A stretch of DNA of 62,013 bases, filler included, from Ionaspis alba (GCA_964255285.1; 4 parts of 4 records of this genome joined end to end with filler, not necessarily neighbours in it), one strand, 5' to 3'. Shown: positions 24,110-36,580, counted from the whole stretch's first letter. The notes: generated by a model not told the origin, from the sequence alone. Program-made: numbers and translations.

Positions 24110-25679
24110 ATGGCTCCAATGGCCACCACGATGTCTACAACCACGAACAGTCACACGAACGGCACGACTGCGACTACACTGAAAGCCACAGCCCCATCTT
24201 TCCATCCCACAGGCACCCCCGACCCTTCTCAATATCATGCATCCTCGACGGAAGAAGCCATTCAAAGCGAGAACAAATACGCCGCCCACAATTACCACCC
24301 ATTACCAATTGTCTTTTCCCGAGCTTCGGGTGTATCAGTATGGGACTGTGAAAATAAGGAATACTTAGATTTCCTGTCGGCCTACAGCGCGGTCAATCAA
24401 GGCCATTGCCATCCCGAACTCATCAAAGCGTTGACAGAGCAGGCGTCAAGGGTGACGTTGAGCTCAAGAGCGTTCTACAATGATGTCTTCCCTAGATTTG
24501 CAGAATTTGTTACCAAATTTTTTGGATTCGACATGGTTCTCCCGATGAATACAGGGGCAGAAGCGGTGGAGACGGCAGTAAAGATTGCCAGGAAATGGGG
24601 TTACAAAGTCAAGAGAATCCCACAGAACGAGGCACTTGTGTTCAGCGTGGCAGAGAACTTCCACGGAAGGACTGTATGAATTTCATTCACCGACAATTCG
24701 GGGATCCTGAAAACGTCTGACAAAGGTGTAGTTCTCTGCCATCTCCATGTCTACAGACCCCGAGTCTCGGGAAAATTATGGACCTTACCTACCCAATGTT
24801 GGGGCCGTCTGCCCAAAGACAAAGAAAGTCCTTCCATACAACGACATTCCCGCCCTACGGTCCGCCCTCGAGGCCCACGGGAAGAACGTGGCTGGCTTCC
24901 TCGTCGAACCCATTCAGGGGGAGGCAGGAATCGTGGTACCCGATGAAAATTACCTGAAAGAGGTCAGAGTGCTTTGTGATGAGCATAACGTCTTGATGAT
25001 ATGCGACGAGATCCAGACGGGGATCGCAAGAACTGGCAAACTATTATGCCACGAATGGGCAGGTATCAAGCCCGACCTCGTCCTGCTGGGCAAGGCTATT
25101 TCAGGAGGCATGTATCCAGTATCGGCCGTACTAGGCTCGAAAGAAATCATGCTCACCATCGAGCCTGGTACTCACGGCTCAACATACGGCGGCAACCCTC
25201 TAGGCTGTGCAGTCGCAATCCGAGCCCTAGAAATCGTCCGCGACGAGAATCTAGTCGAGCGAGCCGAACGTCTCGGCCAACTCTTCCGCCAAGGTCTAGA
25301 GGACCTCAAGAGTCCCATGATCAAGCTCGTCCGTGGTAAAGGCTTGCTCAACGCTATGGTCATCGACGAGTCGAAGACTGGTGGCCACAGCGCCTGGGAT
25401 CTGTGCATGTTGATGAAGGAGAAAGGATTATTGGTGGGCCGCGCTCTCAAAATTGCCCATATCAAGAAGAATGGCGACACTGATGATTTGAAGGCCAAAC
25501 CGACGCACCAGAATATTATTCGATTGGCCCCGCCGTTGGTTATTACGGAGGAGCAGATCAGGAAGGCGTTGGGGATTATTGATGCTGCGATGAAGGAGTT
25601 GCCGGGTCTGAAGGGGGAGAAGGAGGATCAGGTTATCCCGGAGGGGGAGAAGAATGTGGAGATTCATGTGGATAATTGA
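24110..25679 (+). CDS. CAR2: Ornithine aminotransferase (class III PLP enzyme), 2 introns
   Basis: [75 protein letters not shown] (PLP Lys), HGSTYGGNP and [15 protein letters not shown]. Confidence 0.97.
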
Positions 25680-26589
25680 CATTGATGCAGTAAGGTTTGG
25701 AGAATGTGGGATTCAAGTGCGATCGATGGGTTATGATCATGGTAGATGCGACTCTGACNNNNNNNNNNNNNNNNNNNNNNNNNNNNNNNNNNNNNNNNNN
25801 NNNNNNNNNNNNNNNNNNNNNNNNNNNNNNNNNNNNNNNNNNNNNNNNNNNNNNNNNNGGCTCCATCGTCCTTGATATCATCCGGAAATACGACAGTTCT
25901 AATACGTTGAAGGAGTGTACTTTTCACGACGGTCCTGGCATTATGGGAAGGCGCCTCCCACCAAGATGCTGTGGCCGGCTACTCGGCAAGGTTTCCACCC
26001 GTCTTGACTTGGCGGATTGCAGCTTTCGTCCCACTCATGATCTTTGGCTGACAGCCACCTTCCTATTCCCGCTGCTCCAGCTGTGGACGGGATTGATCCC
26101 CTCTATAATGACTGGCCGGGTTGTCTCCAGGAGTTCCAGATGGATCGCTTACAGTAACATTTCCTGTTGATCCAGACTTTACTGTAGTCAAGTCTTCACA
26201 AATGGATGGGCTCAAAATACCGCGTCATTCTTAGTCATGTCACTGACTCTACAACTGGACTGCTGACGTTGCAGAGATGCAGCCTTCGCTCTTCGCACCG
26301 AGCCGTTGGCCGGATGAAGCTTTTCCTTCAGATCGAAGTTAGCCGCATTCGATAGTCCTTTCTGACCAATCAAATGCTCTCCAGCAGCGCCTTCGCATCG
26401 CTTTCTTCATCGTTGCAGATTCGGACCTTCTTAATACCGAGTAGTTTTGATGATTGATAATCCCGGCAGGGTCTCAACGTCTGTTACGACACCATTTCTG
26501 TCGCCTGTCGTGCTTTCTATATATCTTCTTCCTTGCTCTATAATGGCTTCCGTTTTGTTTCTTAAATAATTTGGCAGCAAGAGGCACAA

Positions 26590-29500
26590 ATGGAGAAGAA
26601 GTCTGAAAAGCAAGAGAGGGATTTTGTTGATGCGGACCCGGATGACGCAGCCGAGGCTTATCTCCGCAGCGAGCCTGTCTCCACAGAGCCGTTGCAATAT
26701 GTTGAATCTGATAGTGGCTCGTCGTCAGACCCACATACTGATCCAGAGAAGGCGATCCGACCAGAAACACAGAGAACAATAACAACGACAACGGAGCAGT
26801 CGTTGTCCACTGTTACGACCAAAAGTACTCTTCCGCAAGCAAAGAAGCCATGGTACAAGCGACTGAATCCATTGAAGCATTCTGTCAAGCCACCGGTACC
26901 AAGAGAAAGGACGATATCGAAGGAGTATGGCGCGAGCTTCTTCAGCTTGCTGACCTTCCAATGGATGTCTTCTATGATGACCGTTGGGTACCAACGGCCT
27001 CTGGAACTCAATGATATATGGCTTGTAAACCCGAACCGGAAGGCCGATCTATTGGCCGAGAAACTCACCGCTTCGTTCAACCGACGAGTCGCACGAGGTG
27101 ACAAGTACCCGCTGCTATGGGCCATGCATGAAACATTCAAAGTTGAATTCTGGATTGGAGGTTTCTGCCAATTATTCGCCAACGTGTTTCAAGTCATGTC
27201 GCCATTCACCTTACGATATCTGATCCAGTTTGCAGCGGAAGCTTATGCGGCACAGCATGGAAGTGGGAATGGTCCTGCAATCGGGAAGGGCCTGGGACTG
27301 GTGTTTGGGGTTACGATCATGCAAATATTGCAAAGCTTGGGTACTAATCACTTTATCTATCGTGGTATGATGGTTGGAGGACAATCCAGAGGTGTCCTCA
27401 TCACCGTTATTTTTGAAAAGGCTATGAGGATTTCAGGACGTGCTAAGGCAGGTGGGAAAGCCATCGAGGATGAGAACGCACCAGTCGAGGGCACAAAAAT
27501 CGATGATGCGACCGCGAAAAAGAACTTCCTGAAACGATTTTTGGACAAGAAAGTTCAGCCGAAAGGTGGACCACAGACTCCGGAGGATACTGGCAAAGGA
27601 ATTTCTGGTGATGGTGTTGGGTGGGGCAATGGTCGCGTCGTCAATCTCATGTCCACCGACACCTACCGAGTGGATCAAGCCTCTGGCATGTTTCACATGA
27701 TTTGGACGTCGCCAGTCTCCATCCTGATCACACTGGTCGTTCTTCTCATCAACTTAACATACTCGGCCCTGGCTGGATTTGCGCTTCTAGTGATCGGTAT
27801 TCCCGTACTTACTGAAGCTATCAAGACCCTTTTCGTCCGAAGAAGAGCAATCAACAAGGTCACCGATCAACGAGTATCGCTCACGCAGGAGATTCTACAA
27901 GCCGTGCGGTTTGTCAAATACTTCGGGTGGGAGAGTAGTTTCTTGGAGCGGATTGGAGACATCAGAAAGCGAGAGATCCGAGCCATTCAGGTCCTCCTTG
28001 CTATTCGGAATGCCATCAACGCTGTTTCGATGTCACTTCCAATTTTCGCATCTATGTTGTCCTTTATCACATACTCTCTGTCGAAGCACGAACTCAACCC
28101 TGCCCCTATCTTCTCTTCTCTCGCTCTCTTCAACTCTTTGCGCATGCCGCTGAATTTGTTGCCACTAGTCATCGGCCAAGTCACGGATGCCTGGGCATCA
28201 CTTGGAAGAATTCAAGAGTTTTTGATAGCAGAGGAGCAAAAAGATGATTTCATCTGGGACATGGAAGGCCCAGAGGCCGTGATCATGGATCATGCAGATT
28301 TTACGTGGGAGCGGACTGCCTCTCGCGATCCCGACAAAGATACTCGAACGAAGAAGCAGCTGAAAGCGGCTGAGAAGGAAGAGAAGGCTCATATCAAGGC
28401 AGAAAAAGCGGCAGAGAAGGCCGGCAAAAATTTGGATAGTGGGGAGGGAAATGACAGTACCAGCACTTTGACCAAAGTCGAGCCATTCCAACTTCACAAC
28501 ATGGACTTTACCGTTGGACGCAATGAGCTTCTTGCTGTGATTGGAGGTGTTGGATCTGGAAAGAGCTCGTTACTTGCTGCACTCGCAGGTGACATGCGAA
28601 GGACGAAAGGCCAGGTCACGATGGGCGCTACCAGAGCCTTTTGCCCTCAATATGCTTGGATCCAGAATGCTACCGTGAGAGAGAACATCTTGTTCGGCAA
28701 AGATATGGACCAGAAATGGTATAATGAGGTCGTCGACGCTTGCGCTCTTCGACCTGATCTCGATATGTTGCCAGCTGGTGACGCTACGGAAATCGGAGAG
28801 CGTGGTATCACTGTCAGTGGTGGTCAGAAGCAACGGCTCAACATTGCTAGGGCTATCTACTTCAACAGCGATATAGTGCTCATGGATGACCCGTTGTCTG
28901 CTGTCGATGCGCATGTTGGTCGTCATATCTTCGACAAGGCGATTTGTGGTCTACTCAAAGACAAATGTCGAATTCTCGCAACACATCAGCTACATGTTTT
29001 GAGCCGATGTGATAGAATTATCTGGTTGCAAGAAGGCCACATTGAGACTATCGACACATTCGATAATCTAATGAAGCATAATGAGGCTTTCCAGAAGCTT
29101 ATGGCGTCCACTGCTCAGGAAGAGGAGACACAGAAGGAGGAAGAAATTAACGAAGACGAAGTGGAGGATGAAAAGAAAGACGCCAAGAAGAGCAGAAAGA
29201 TCAAGAAGGCTGTGGCTCTTATGCAACAGGAAGAACGAGCTGTCAAGAGTGTGCCATGGAGTGTCTATGGAGCTTATATCCGAGCTTCGGGATCAATTTT
29301 CTTCGGTCCCGCGGTGTTGTTCTTGTTGGTGATCTCTCAGTGTGCGAATATTGCCACAAGCTTGTGGCTGTCGTACTGGGTATCAGATGTCTTTGGCCTC
29401 AGCGAAGGCGCCTACATCGGTATCTATGCAGCCCTTGGTGTTGTCCAAGCATTACTTATGTTCTCGTTCTCGATATCCTTGTCGATTCTGGGAACTACCG

Positions 29501-31005
29501 CGAGCAGAGTCATGCTGAACAAAGCAATGACCCGAGTACTCCGGGCACCCATGTCGTTCTTCGATACAACACCCCTTGGACGAATCACAAACCGCTTCTC
29601 TAAAGACGTCGATATCATGGACAACAACCTGACGGACGCGATGAGGATGTACTTCTTCACCCTTGCCATGATCGTATCCGTCTTCACCCTCATCATCGTC
29701 TTCTTCCACTACTTCGCCATCGCTCTCGGTCCTCTCTTCCTCATGTTCCTCTTCTCCGCAAGTTACTACCGGGCCTCAGCGCGCGAAATGAAACGCCACG
29801 AATCCGTACTTCGCTCCGTCGTCTTCGCACGCTTCAGTGAAGCCGTCTCCGGCACTGTAAGCATCCGCGCCTACGGTCTCCAAGACCATTTCATCAAAGG
29901 CTTGCGGGATGCCGTCGACGAAATGAATTCTGCCTACTACCTGACCTTCTCGAACCAACGCTGGCTCAGCGTGCGCCTGGATTGTATTGGCAACCTCCTC
30001 GTTTTTACAACTGGTGTCCTGGTCGTCACCTCGCGCTTTAACGTCTCCCCTAGCATTGCAGGTCTCGTTCTCTCTTACATCCTCTCGATCGTGCAAATGA
30101 TCCAGTTCACCGTGCGGCAACTCGCCGAAGTCGAAAACGCCATGAACGCCACCGAACGCATCCACTACTACGGCACCGAGCTAGAATGCGAGCCTCCGCT
30201 CAAGCTCGCCCCAGTCCCGGACTCTTGGCCGGAGCAAGGCGCCATCACCTTCTCCAACGTGCAAATGCGCTATCGTCCCACGCTTCCCCTTGTCCTGCAA
30301 GGTTTCGATCTGGCAATTAAGCCCGGCGAGCGCATCGGTATTGTCGGCCGCACCGGCGCTGGCAAGTCCTCCATCATGTCGACGCTCTTCCGGCTCGTCG
30401 ATCTCGCCGATGGAAGCATCACCATCGACGGCGTCGATATTGCCACCATTGGCTTGCAAGATCTTCGCTCACGACTGGCGATCATCCCGCAGGATCCGAC
30501 GCTGTTCCGCGGCACCATTCGCTCCAACCTCGACCCTTTCAACAAGCACACCGATCTCGAGCTCTGGTCCGCATTACGGCAATCCGATCTTGTAGACGCA
30601 GACGCCAATTTCGGCGACCAGCGCATACAGCACTCACGCATCCATCTTGATGGCTTGGTCGAAGAAGAAGGGCTGAACTTCTCGCTGGGGCAGAGACAAC
30701 TGATGGCGCTCGCGAGAGCGCTGGTGAGAGGGAGTCAGATTATTGTTTGTGATGAGGCGACTAGTAGTGTGGATATGGAGACGGATGCTAAGATTCAGAG
30801 GACGATGGCGACGGCGTTTAAAGGGAAGACTTTGCTTTGCATTGCGCATCGGTTGAAGACTATTATTGGGTATGATCGGATTTGTGTCATGGATCAGGGG
30901 AGGATTGTCGAGTTGGATACGCCGGTTAGGTTGTGGGAGAGTGGTGGTGTGTTCAGGGGGATGTGTGAGAGGAGTGGGATTCGGAGGGAGGATTTCGAGG
31001 CGTGA
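26590..31005 (+). CDS. YOR1: Full-length ABCC (MRP-type, YOR1-like) ABC transporter, intronless, 1471 aa
   Basis: TMD-NBD-TMD-NBD. NBD1 GGVGSGKS/VSGGQKQR/LMDDPLSAVD; NBD2 GRTGAGKS/FSLGQRQ/VCDEATSSVD. SFFDTTPLGRITNRFSKD is present and there is no TMD0. Confidence 0.93.
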   Translation: MEKKSEKQERDFVDADPDDAAEAYLRSEPVSTEPLQYVESDSGSSSDPHTDPEKAIRPETQRTITTTTEQSLSTVTTKSTLPQAKKPWYKRLNPLKHSVKPPVPRERTISKEYGASFFSLLTFQWMSSMMTVGYQRPLELNDIWLVNPNRKADLLAEKLTASFNRRVARGDKYPLLWAMHETFKVEFWIGGFCQLFANVFQVMSPFTLRYLIQFAAEAYAAQHGSGNGPAIGKGLGLVFGVTIMQILQSLGTNHFIYRGMMVGGQSRGVLITVIFEKAMRISGRAKAGGKAIEDENAPVEGTKIDDATAKKNFLKRFLDKKVQPKGGPQTPEDTGKGISGDGVGWGNGRVVNLMSTDTYRVDQASGMFHMIWTSPVSILITLVVLLINLTYSALAGFALLVIGIPVLTEAIKTLFVRRRAINKVTDQRVSLTQEILQAVRFVKYFGWESSFLERIGDIRKREIRAIQVLLAIRNAINAVSMSLPIFASMLSFITYSLSKHELNPAPIFSSLALFNSLRMPLNLLPLVIGQVTDAWASLGRIQEFLIAEEQKDDFIWDMEGPEAVIMDHADFTWERTASRDPDKDTRTKKQLKAAEKEEKAHIKAEKAAEKAGKNLDSGEGNDSTSTLTKVEPFQLHNMDFTVGRNELLAVIGGVGSGKSSLLAALAGDMRRTKGQVTMGATRAFCPQYAWIQNATVRENILFGKDMDQKWYNEVVDACALRPDLDMLPAGDATEIGERGITVSGGQKQRLNIARAIYFNSDIVLMDDPLSAVDAHVGRHIFDKAICGLLKDKCRILATHQLHVLSRCDRIIWLQEGHIETIDTFDNLMKHNEAFQKLMASTAQEEETQKEEEINEDEVEDEKKDAKKSRKIKKAVALMQQEERAVKSVPWSVYGAYIRASGSIFFGPAVLFLLVISQCANIATSLWLSYWVSDVFGLSEGAYIGIYAALGVVQALLMFSFSISLSILGTTASRVMLNKAMTRVLRAPMSFFDTTPLGRITNRFSKDVDIMDNNLTDAMRMYFFTLAMIVSVFTLIIVFFHYFAIALGPLFLMFLFSASYYRASAREMKRHESVLRSVVFARFSEAVSGTVSIRAYGLQDHFIKGLRDAVDEMNSAYYLTFSNQRWLSVRLDCIGNLLVFTTGVLVVTSRFNVSPSIAGLVLSYILSIVQMIQFTVRQLAEVENAMNATERIHYYGTELECEPPLKLAPVPDSWPEQGAITFSNVQMRYRPTLPLVLQGFDLAIKPGERIGIVGRTGAGKSSIMSTLFRLVDLADGSITIDGVDIATIGLQDLRSRLAIIPQDPTLFRGTIRSNLDPFNKHTDLELWSALRQSDLVDADANFGDQRIQHSRIHLDGLVEEEGLNFSLGQRQLMALARALVRGSQIIVCDEATSSVDMETDAKIQRTMATAFKGKTLLCIAHRLKTIIGYDRICVMDQGRIVELDTPVRLWESGGVFRGMCERSGIRREDFEA

Positions 31006-31012
31006 GTGGAGA

Positions 31013-31112
31013 NNNNNNNNNNNNNNNNNNNNNNNNNNNNNNNNNNNNNNNNNNNNTTAATTAATTAANNNNNNNNNNNNNNNNNNNNNNNNNNNNNNNN
31101 NNNNNNNNNNNN
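31013..31112. other. Artificial scaffold-joining spacer N44-TTAATTAATTAA-N44
   Basis: TTAATTAATTAA at 31057-31068 within 100 bp. Confidence 0.97.
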
Positions 31113-31412
31113 ATAATAAATCGTTAACATATTAGGCATATCGTAGGCTCGGGTCGAGTCCCGCCCTGATGGATTCAAGTCCCTTACTTCCACCCCAACG
31201 CGCGAAAGGTGCGGTTGAAAGAGGCGTTGCGTGGGCCATTAGTGGAGTGGGCTCGGAGCAGATTTCCGTTTTTGTCTTTCATGCCAAGACATGTACATGT
31301 TCCAAAAACGAGCACTAGCGTGGGGCTTGAACTCATACCAAATGAGAACACCTCACAATATGGAGCGCTTATGATACCTCAGCTACCTCGTAAGAAAGAG
31401 GAATACAGCGCA

Positions 31413-32024
31413 ATGGCTTCCTCTTTACACCATGTCAAACTCGCGTCGACCCTCCCACCACGACTACTGCGCTTCTTTGCACGCTTTCCACCAGCGGCTT
31501 TGACCCAATCTCATTCTCCCTCAAGCTCAATCGGCACGACAACGACCCCCAATACCTCATCCACAGATCCCAGTGCAGATCTTGTCGAGACGTCGACCCT
31601 TTCGCAAAACCCAACCCCAAGCTATGAGAACCCATTTCAGTCTACAAAGCATCCTGCCTCGGGAAACTGGCATGATCCCATCTACTCGCTTCGGAGGCAG
31701 GCAGACCTCGTGAAGATGGCTAGGGCACACGGGGTAGAGGAGCTACTTCCATTTACCACGAAAGGCACCGAGGAAAGGATACGAAAGAGAAAGGAACAAG
31801 GCCTACGTGTCAAGGGTACCGGAGTTGGGCAGAGGGTGAAGGGCAAATGGTGGGAGCGGACAATCAAGGGACGACTGGAAAAGCGGAGGCAGGCGATACT
31901 GGAGATGCCGAAGATGATACAGCAATGGAAACAGGTAATGCACCTACCTCACCGTGCCGTGCTTCAAGCTAACCGATGTACCTAGCTTGGTCATGGTCGT
32001 GGATGGAAGAAGTTTCCCAAGTAA
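31413..32024 (+). CDS. MRPL25: Mitochondrial large-subunit ribosomal protein mL59 (MRPL25), 1 intron
   Basis: LPPRLLRFFARFPP, NPFQSTKHPASGNWHDPIYSLRRQADLVKMARAHGVEELLP and KGTGVGQRVKG. The last exon reads LGHGRGWKKFPK* after the GTAATG..TAG intron. Confidence 0.92.
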
Positions 32025-32666
32025 GGATTGAACGATCATAGTTGTATTCAAGCATTTCTGTTTTCCGAATTCGGCGCGATTGGGAACGCATAGCGGCATC
32101 AGGTTTCAATGTTGTTTGGGCACTTGTATGAGCGTATCTCACCACACATCGGAATTCTGATAGGTTAGATTTTGTGTTCAACCTTGGACCTTTGAAATAT
32201 ATTGAGACTAAGTACTAGGTCCCTAGCACTGTTCAGGCATGTATTTCATAGCTATTATCGTGCTAAGAGTCAAAGAAGGAGCATGTCTTCAATCATTAGA
32301 GCTCCAATGGAGAAATCCAGCGATACTGGAGCTGTTCCGTCTTTCCTATGGCAGAAAAATCCATGTAGAATTAGGATAATCGCCTCAAACTTGCGGGTTT
32401 CGTCTCGCAAACCTTTACTGAACTAACAGCACATCATTTTGTCATCCACTACTGGATGATTTGGTGACAATCAAAATGGCTTGCGTGAAGAGACGAAATT
32501 ACTCGGAGCCGAAGACTGCAACTTGTAAGCCGACAGGGTCGATCAGTCGACCTAACCTAAAGAGGAACGTGCGAAGCATTTATGAGCAGAACTCTAAGGC
32601 ACACATAAATTGGTCGTGTGCCGCGTTAACCCCTCCTCCTCCGAGCATATCCCTCACAGGCAGTCG

Positions 32667-35600
32667 ATGATACACGTAAGACCGGGAGCAAGTCAGCTTG
32701 CTGCCTACTGCCGCAATATCGGAGGTGTACGCATCACTCCCTGCAGCTCAAAGCTCGGTTCCCTCGGTCCTTCTCCAAGACACCTGCGCACCTACACATC
32801 TGTCAGACCCTACGAGAGGCAATCGAAGCTCAGAACTCTTCCAATTCGGAGCAAGCAGACTATCAGACACTGTTCACACCAGAGAAACATGTGCAGGGGT
32901 CAAGCAGAAACAGTAGGAGGGGGAATGAATACGAATGCTCGAGAGGTTCTACCGACGAATGTCAAGCCGGTTCATTATAATTTGACGCTGGAGCCGGACT
33001 TCGAGAAATTTACTTTCGAAGGTACGGTCGTTACCGAGTGAGTCTGAGGGCAGCCCTTCCCAATTCCGTGGCTCCTCGATTACCCGTGGATATTGTGCTT
33101 TTGAGAACACCAGCTGAAATAATTACGTTTAGTCTTGAGGTCAAGGAAGATACCACCTCAATTTCCCTTAACATCTTAGACCTCGATATCCACTCTACCA
33201 CTATATCCTCGAACGGCCAAAAAATAACTTCCTCCCCAGACATCAGCTACAATGAATCCAAGCAGACCGTCACTCTGTCTTTCGACAAAACAATTTCCGC
33301 CGGCTCGAAGGCGCAAATCAAGCAGACGTTTACAGGGCGCCTCAACGACAACATGGCTGGTTTCTACAGATCATCCTACAAACACCCTGATGGTACCACG
33401 CAATACCTGGCAACTTCACAAATGGAGCCCACAGATGCACGAAGAGCATTCCCTTGTTTTGACGAGCCTGCACTGAAAGCCGAATACACCGTCACATTGA
33501 TTGCCGATAAGAAACATACATGCCTGAGTAATATGGACCAAGCATCTGAAAAAGAGGTGGACTCGAAGATTACAGGGAGCAAGAGGAAAGCCGTGACATT
33601 CAATAAGACACCATTGATGTCGACCTATCTATTGGCGTTCATCATTGGAGAGCTCAATTGTGTTGGAACGAAGAATTTCAGAGTTCCGGTCAGAGTCTTT
33701 GCCACACCCGATAAGGATATCGAGCACGGAAGATTTTCGGTAGAGCTTGCCGCAAAGACGCTAGAGTTCTACGAGAAGACCTTTGACAGCAAGTTCCCGC
33801 TCCCGAAGATGGACATGGCAGCTATTCCGGATTTTAGTGCAGGTGCGATGGAGAATTGGGGTCTTGTAACATATCGGGTCGTGGATCTCCTTTTCGATGA
33901 GAAGACTAGTGGAGCTTCAACCAAGCAGCGAGTGGCAGAGGTTGTGCAACACGAACTAGCTCATCAGTGGTATGTAACTTGGTTCTACTGTGCCGAGATT
34001 GTTCAAAAGCTAAAACCATTGTTCCAGGTTCGGAAACCTCGTAACCATGGACTTCTGGGATGGGCTATGGCTCAACGAAGGATTCGCTACATGGATGAGC
34101 TGGTACTCTTGCAACAAATTCTACCCCGAGTGGAAGGTTTGGGAAGGTTATGTCACCGACACTCTGCAGGGGGCTCTTTCATTGGATTCGTTACGAAGCA
34201 GTCATCCGATTGAAGTGCCTGTGAACCGAGCTGATGAGATCAATGAGATCTTCGATGCCATCTCCTACTCTAAAGGCTCGTGTGTGATTAGGATGATGTC
34301 AAAATATCTCGGAGAGGACGTCTTCATGGAAGGCATCCGGGCGTACCTGAAGAAGCATGCATATGGTAACACTCAAACAGGTGATCTCTGGGCTGCGCTA
34401 GCCGGTGCGAGTGGTAAGCCTGTGGAAAAGATAATGGATATCTGGACCAAAAATGTGGGCTATCCAGTTCTGACTGTCTCCGAGAACGATAGTGGGAAGA
34501 GCATTCATGTCAAGCAGAACCGCTTCTTGCGGACAGGCGACGTCAAGCCAGAAGAAGACAAAACCCTCTTCCCAGTATTCCTTGGACTCCGGACGAAGGA
34601 CGGTGTCAATGAGGAGCTTGTCCTCTCAACCCGGGAAGGAGACTTCGACGTCCCCAACCTTGACTTCTTTAAGGTAAACGCAGATCATTCTGGAATTTAC
34701 CGAACGTCCTATTCTCCCACTCGCCTCGAAAAACTCGGTCAAGCTGCCAAAGACGGACTACTGACCGTGGAGGACCGTGCCGGTATGATTGCCGACGCTG
34801 GTGCACTGGCAGCCTCCGGCTACGGGAAGACCTCGGGCGTCCTTGCCCTCCTGAAGAGCTTCGGCGACGAGTCCGAATATGTAGTCTGGGAGGAGATCCT
34901 CGCCCGGATATCAGCCATCAGATCCGCATGGGTGTTCGAAGATGAAAAGGTACTTGACTCCTTCCACCTTTCCATTGATCAGACTCCTTGCTCACTCTCC
35001 TTGCCACTAGACACGCGCAGCCCTCAAGTCCTTCCAGCTCAACCTCGTAAGCGCCAAAGCCCACGCCAAAGGCTGGACCTTCACCGACAGCGAAGACCAC
35101 ATACAAGCCCAATTCAAAGCCCTCCTCTTTGGTAGCGCCGGCCTCTCTGGCGATTCCAAAATCATCGCCGCGGCCCAAGACATGTTCAAGGCCTTTGCGG
35201 CTGGCGATCGTAAGGCAATTCATCCCAACATACGCGGCAGCGTCTATGCGATCGTGCTCCAGAATGGCGGCGAAAAGGAATACGACGTCCTGCTGAACGA
35301 ATATCGCACCACCAAGGACGCTGACGAGCGCAACACCGCACTGCGTAGTTTGGGCCGCGCAAAGGGCCAGAAACTGATTCAGCGTACGGTGGCGCTACCG
35401 CTAAGCGACGAGGTCAAGGGCCAGGACGTCTACCTGCCAATCGCAAGTATGCGGTCTGAAGCCGAGGGCATCAAGGCGCTGTGGGATTGGATGACGGAGA
35501 ACTGGGAGGGAATCAAAGTCAAATGTCCGCCGAGCTTGACCCTGCTGAGTAGCATGGTGCAGATTTGTACGAGCAGCTTTACGACCAGGGAACAGGAGAG

Positions 35601-35766
35601 GATGGTGCAGGGGTTCTTTGAGGGCAAGGATAAGAAGGGGTTTGAGAGGGCGTTGGAGCAGAGTTTGGACAGTGTGAGGGCGAAGAGTAGTTGGTTAGAG
35701 AGGGATGGGGCGGATGTGAGAGCCTATCTGGAGAAGGAGGGGTATTTGGAAGGGGCGAAATTGTAG
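32667..35766 (+). CDS. APE2: M1 alanine/leucine aminopeptidase 2 (3 introns; alternative start at 32889)
   Basis: [81 protein letters not shown] (HExxH-x18-E), FDAISYSKG and an ERAP1-like C-terminus. Confidence 0.96.
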
Positions 35767-36580
35767 GCTGAAGGGAAAGTTGGGAGATGTGGTGTCCTTG
35801 TAGCTTTAATGGAGGCGTCGCTTGCAGCGTATGTTGATAGCTAGCTGTTGATAGACCAGGACACATATCACAAATCAATTATCGTGCTCCACTGCACCAT
35901 CAAATCCAATCACAAAGTGTGGCCATTGGAAATTTGAACTATGTCTACGGCGCAACCTGAGGCGGCCAAAAGCTGATCTATCTGATTCTTAAACCATCAG
36001 CGCCCAACAACAAACCGAAATGGCGTATGTAAACTCCCATCCAATCTCAACAATCTGTTTCCGTTCACACAAAAAGCTTACATACACACTCTTAGAAGAG
36101 CGCCCCAAAACGCATCCTCGCATCCTCGTCAAAGTCCCAAAAAGATGCTCGCGTGAGTGGGGAATATTGATGCAGAGAACGGCCGAACATCCCGAGCGCC
36201 CGCCCGCCTTTCCATCCAGCACCGACAATACATCCTGCCACAGTGCCTGCCGACCAAAAACGCCGCTGTGTTGCGCCTTACAAAATCAACAAGAATCAAG
36301 GCAAGAATGACCGATGCAAAAAAAACGCCTTGAAAAACACATAACCTCCTGTCGTGTCTCGTGATGCAGTGAACTGGACGCCTGCTTCGAGCACGTGCGT
36401 CTATGATGTGCGTGACTGCCGCAGGCAACAGGCAATCAAGAAAAAAGGGCCAGAATAAAATGCTTATGGATAAGGACATTATGGTCGAAAAGGAAGATGA
36501 ATGATTACGCATCAGCGTGTGCATAATTGCGTCGCGTACGCCTGTGTACATGTTGCAGTACTAGAGAAACGGCTTCAAGG

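Noticed and set aside
19778..31005. GST-kappa + OAT + ABC transporter as a secondary-metabolite or detoxification cluster
   Set aside because: There is no backbone enzyme or pathway regulator, and housekeeping GPI10 is interspersed.
31209..31412. N-terminal extension of MRPL25 in the ORF track
   Set aside because: It begins at GTG under bacterial-style calling. Family similarity starts at ATG 31413.
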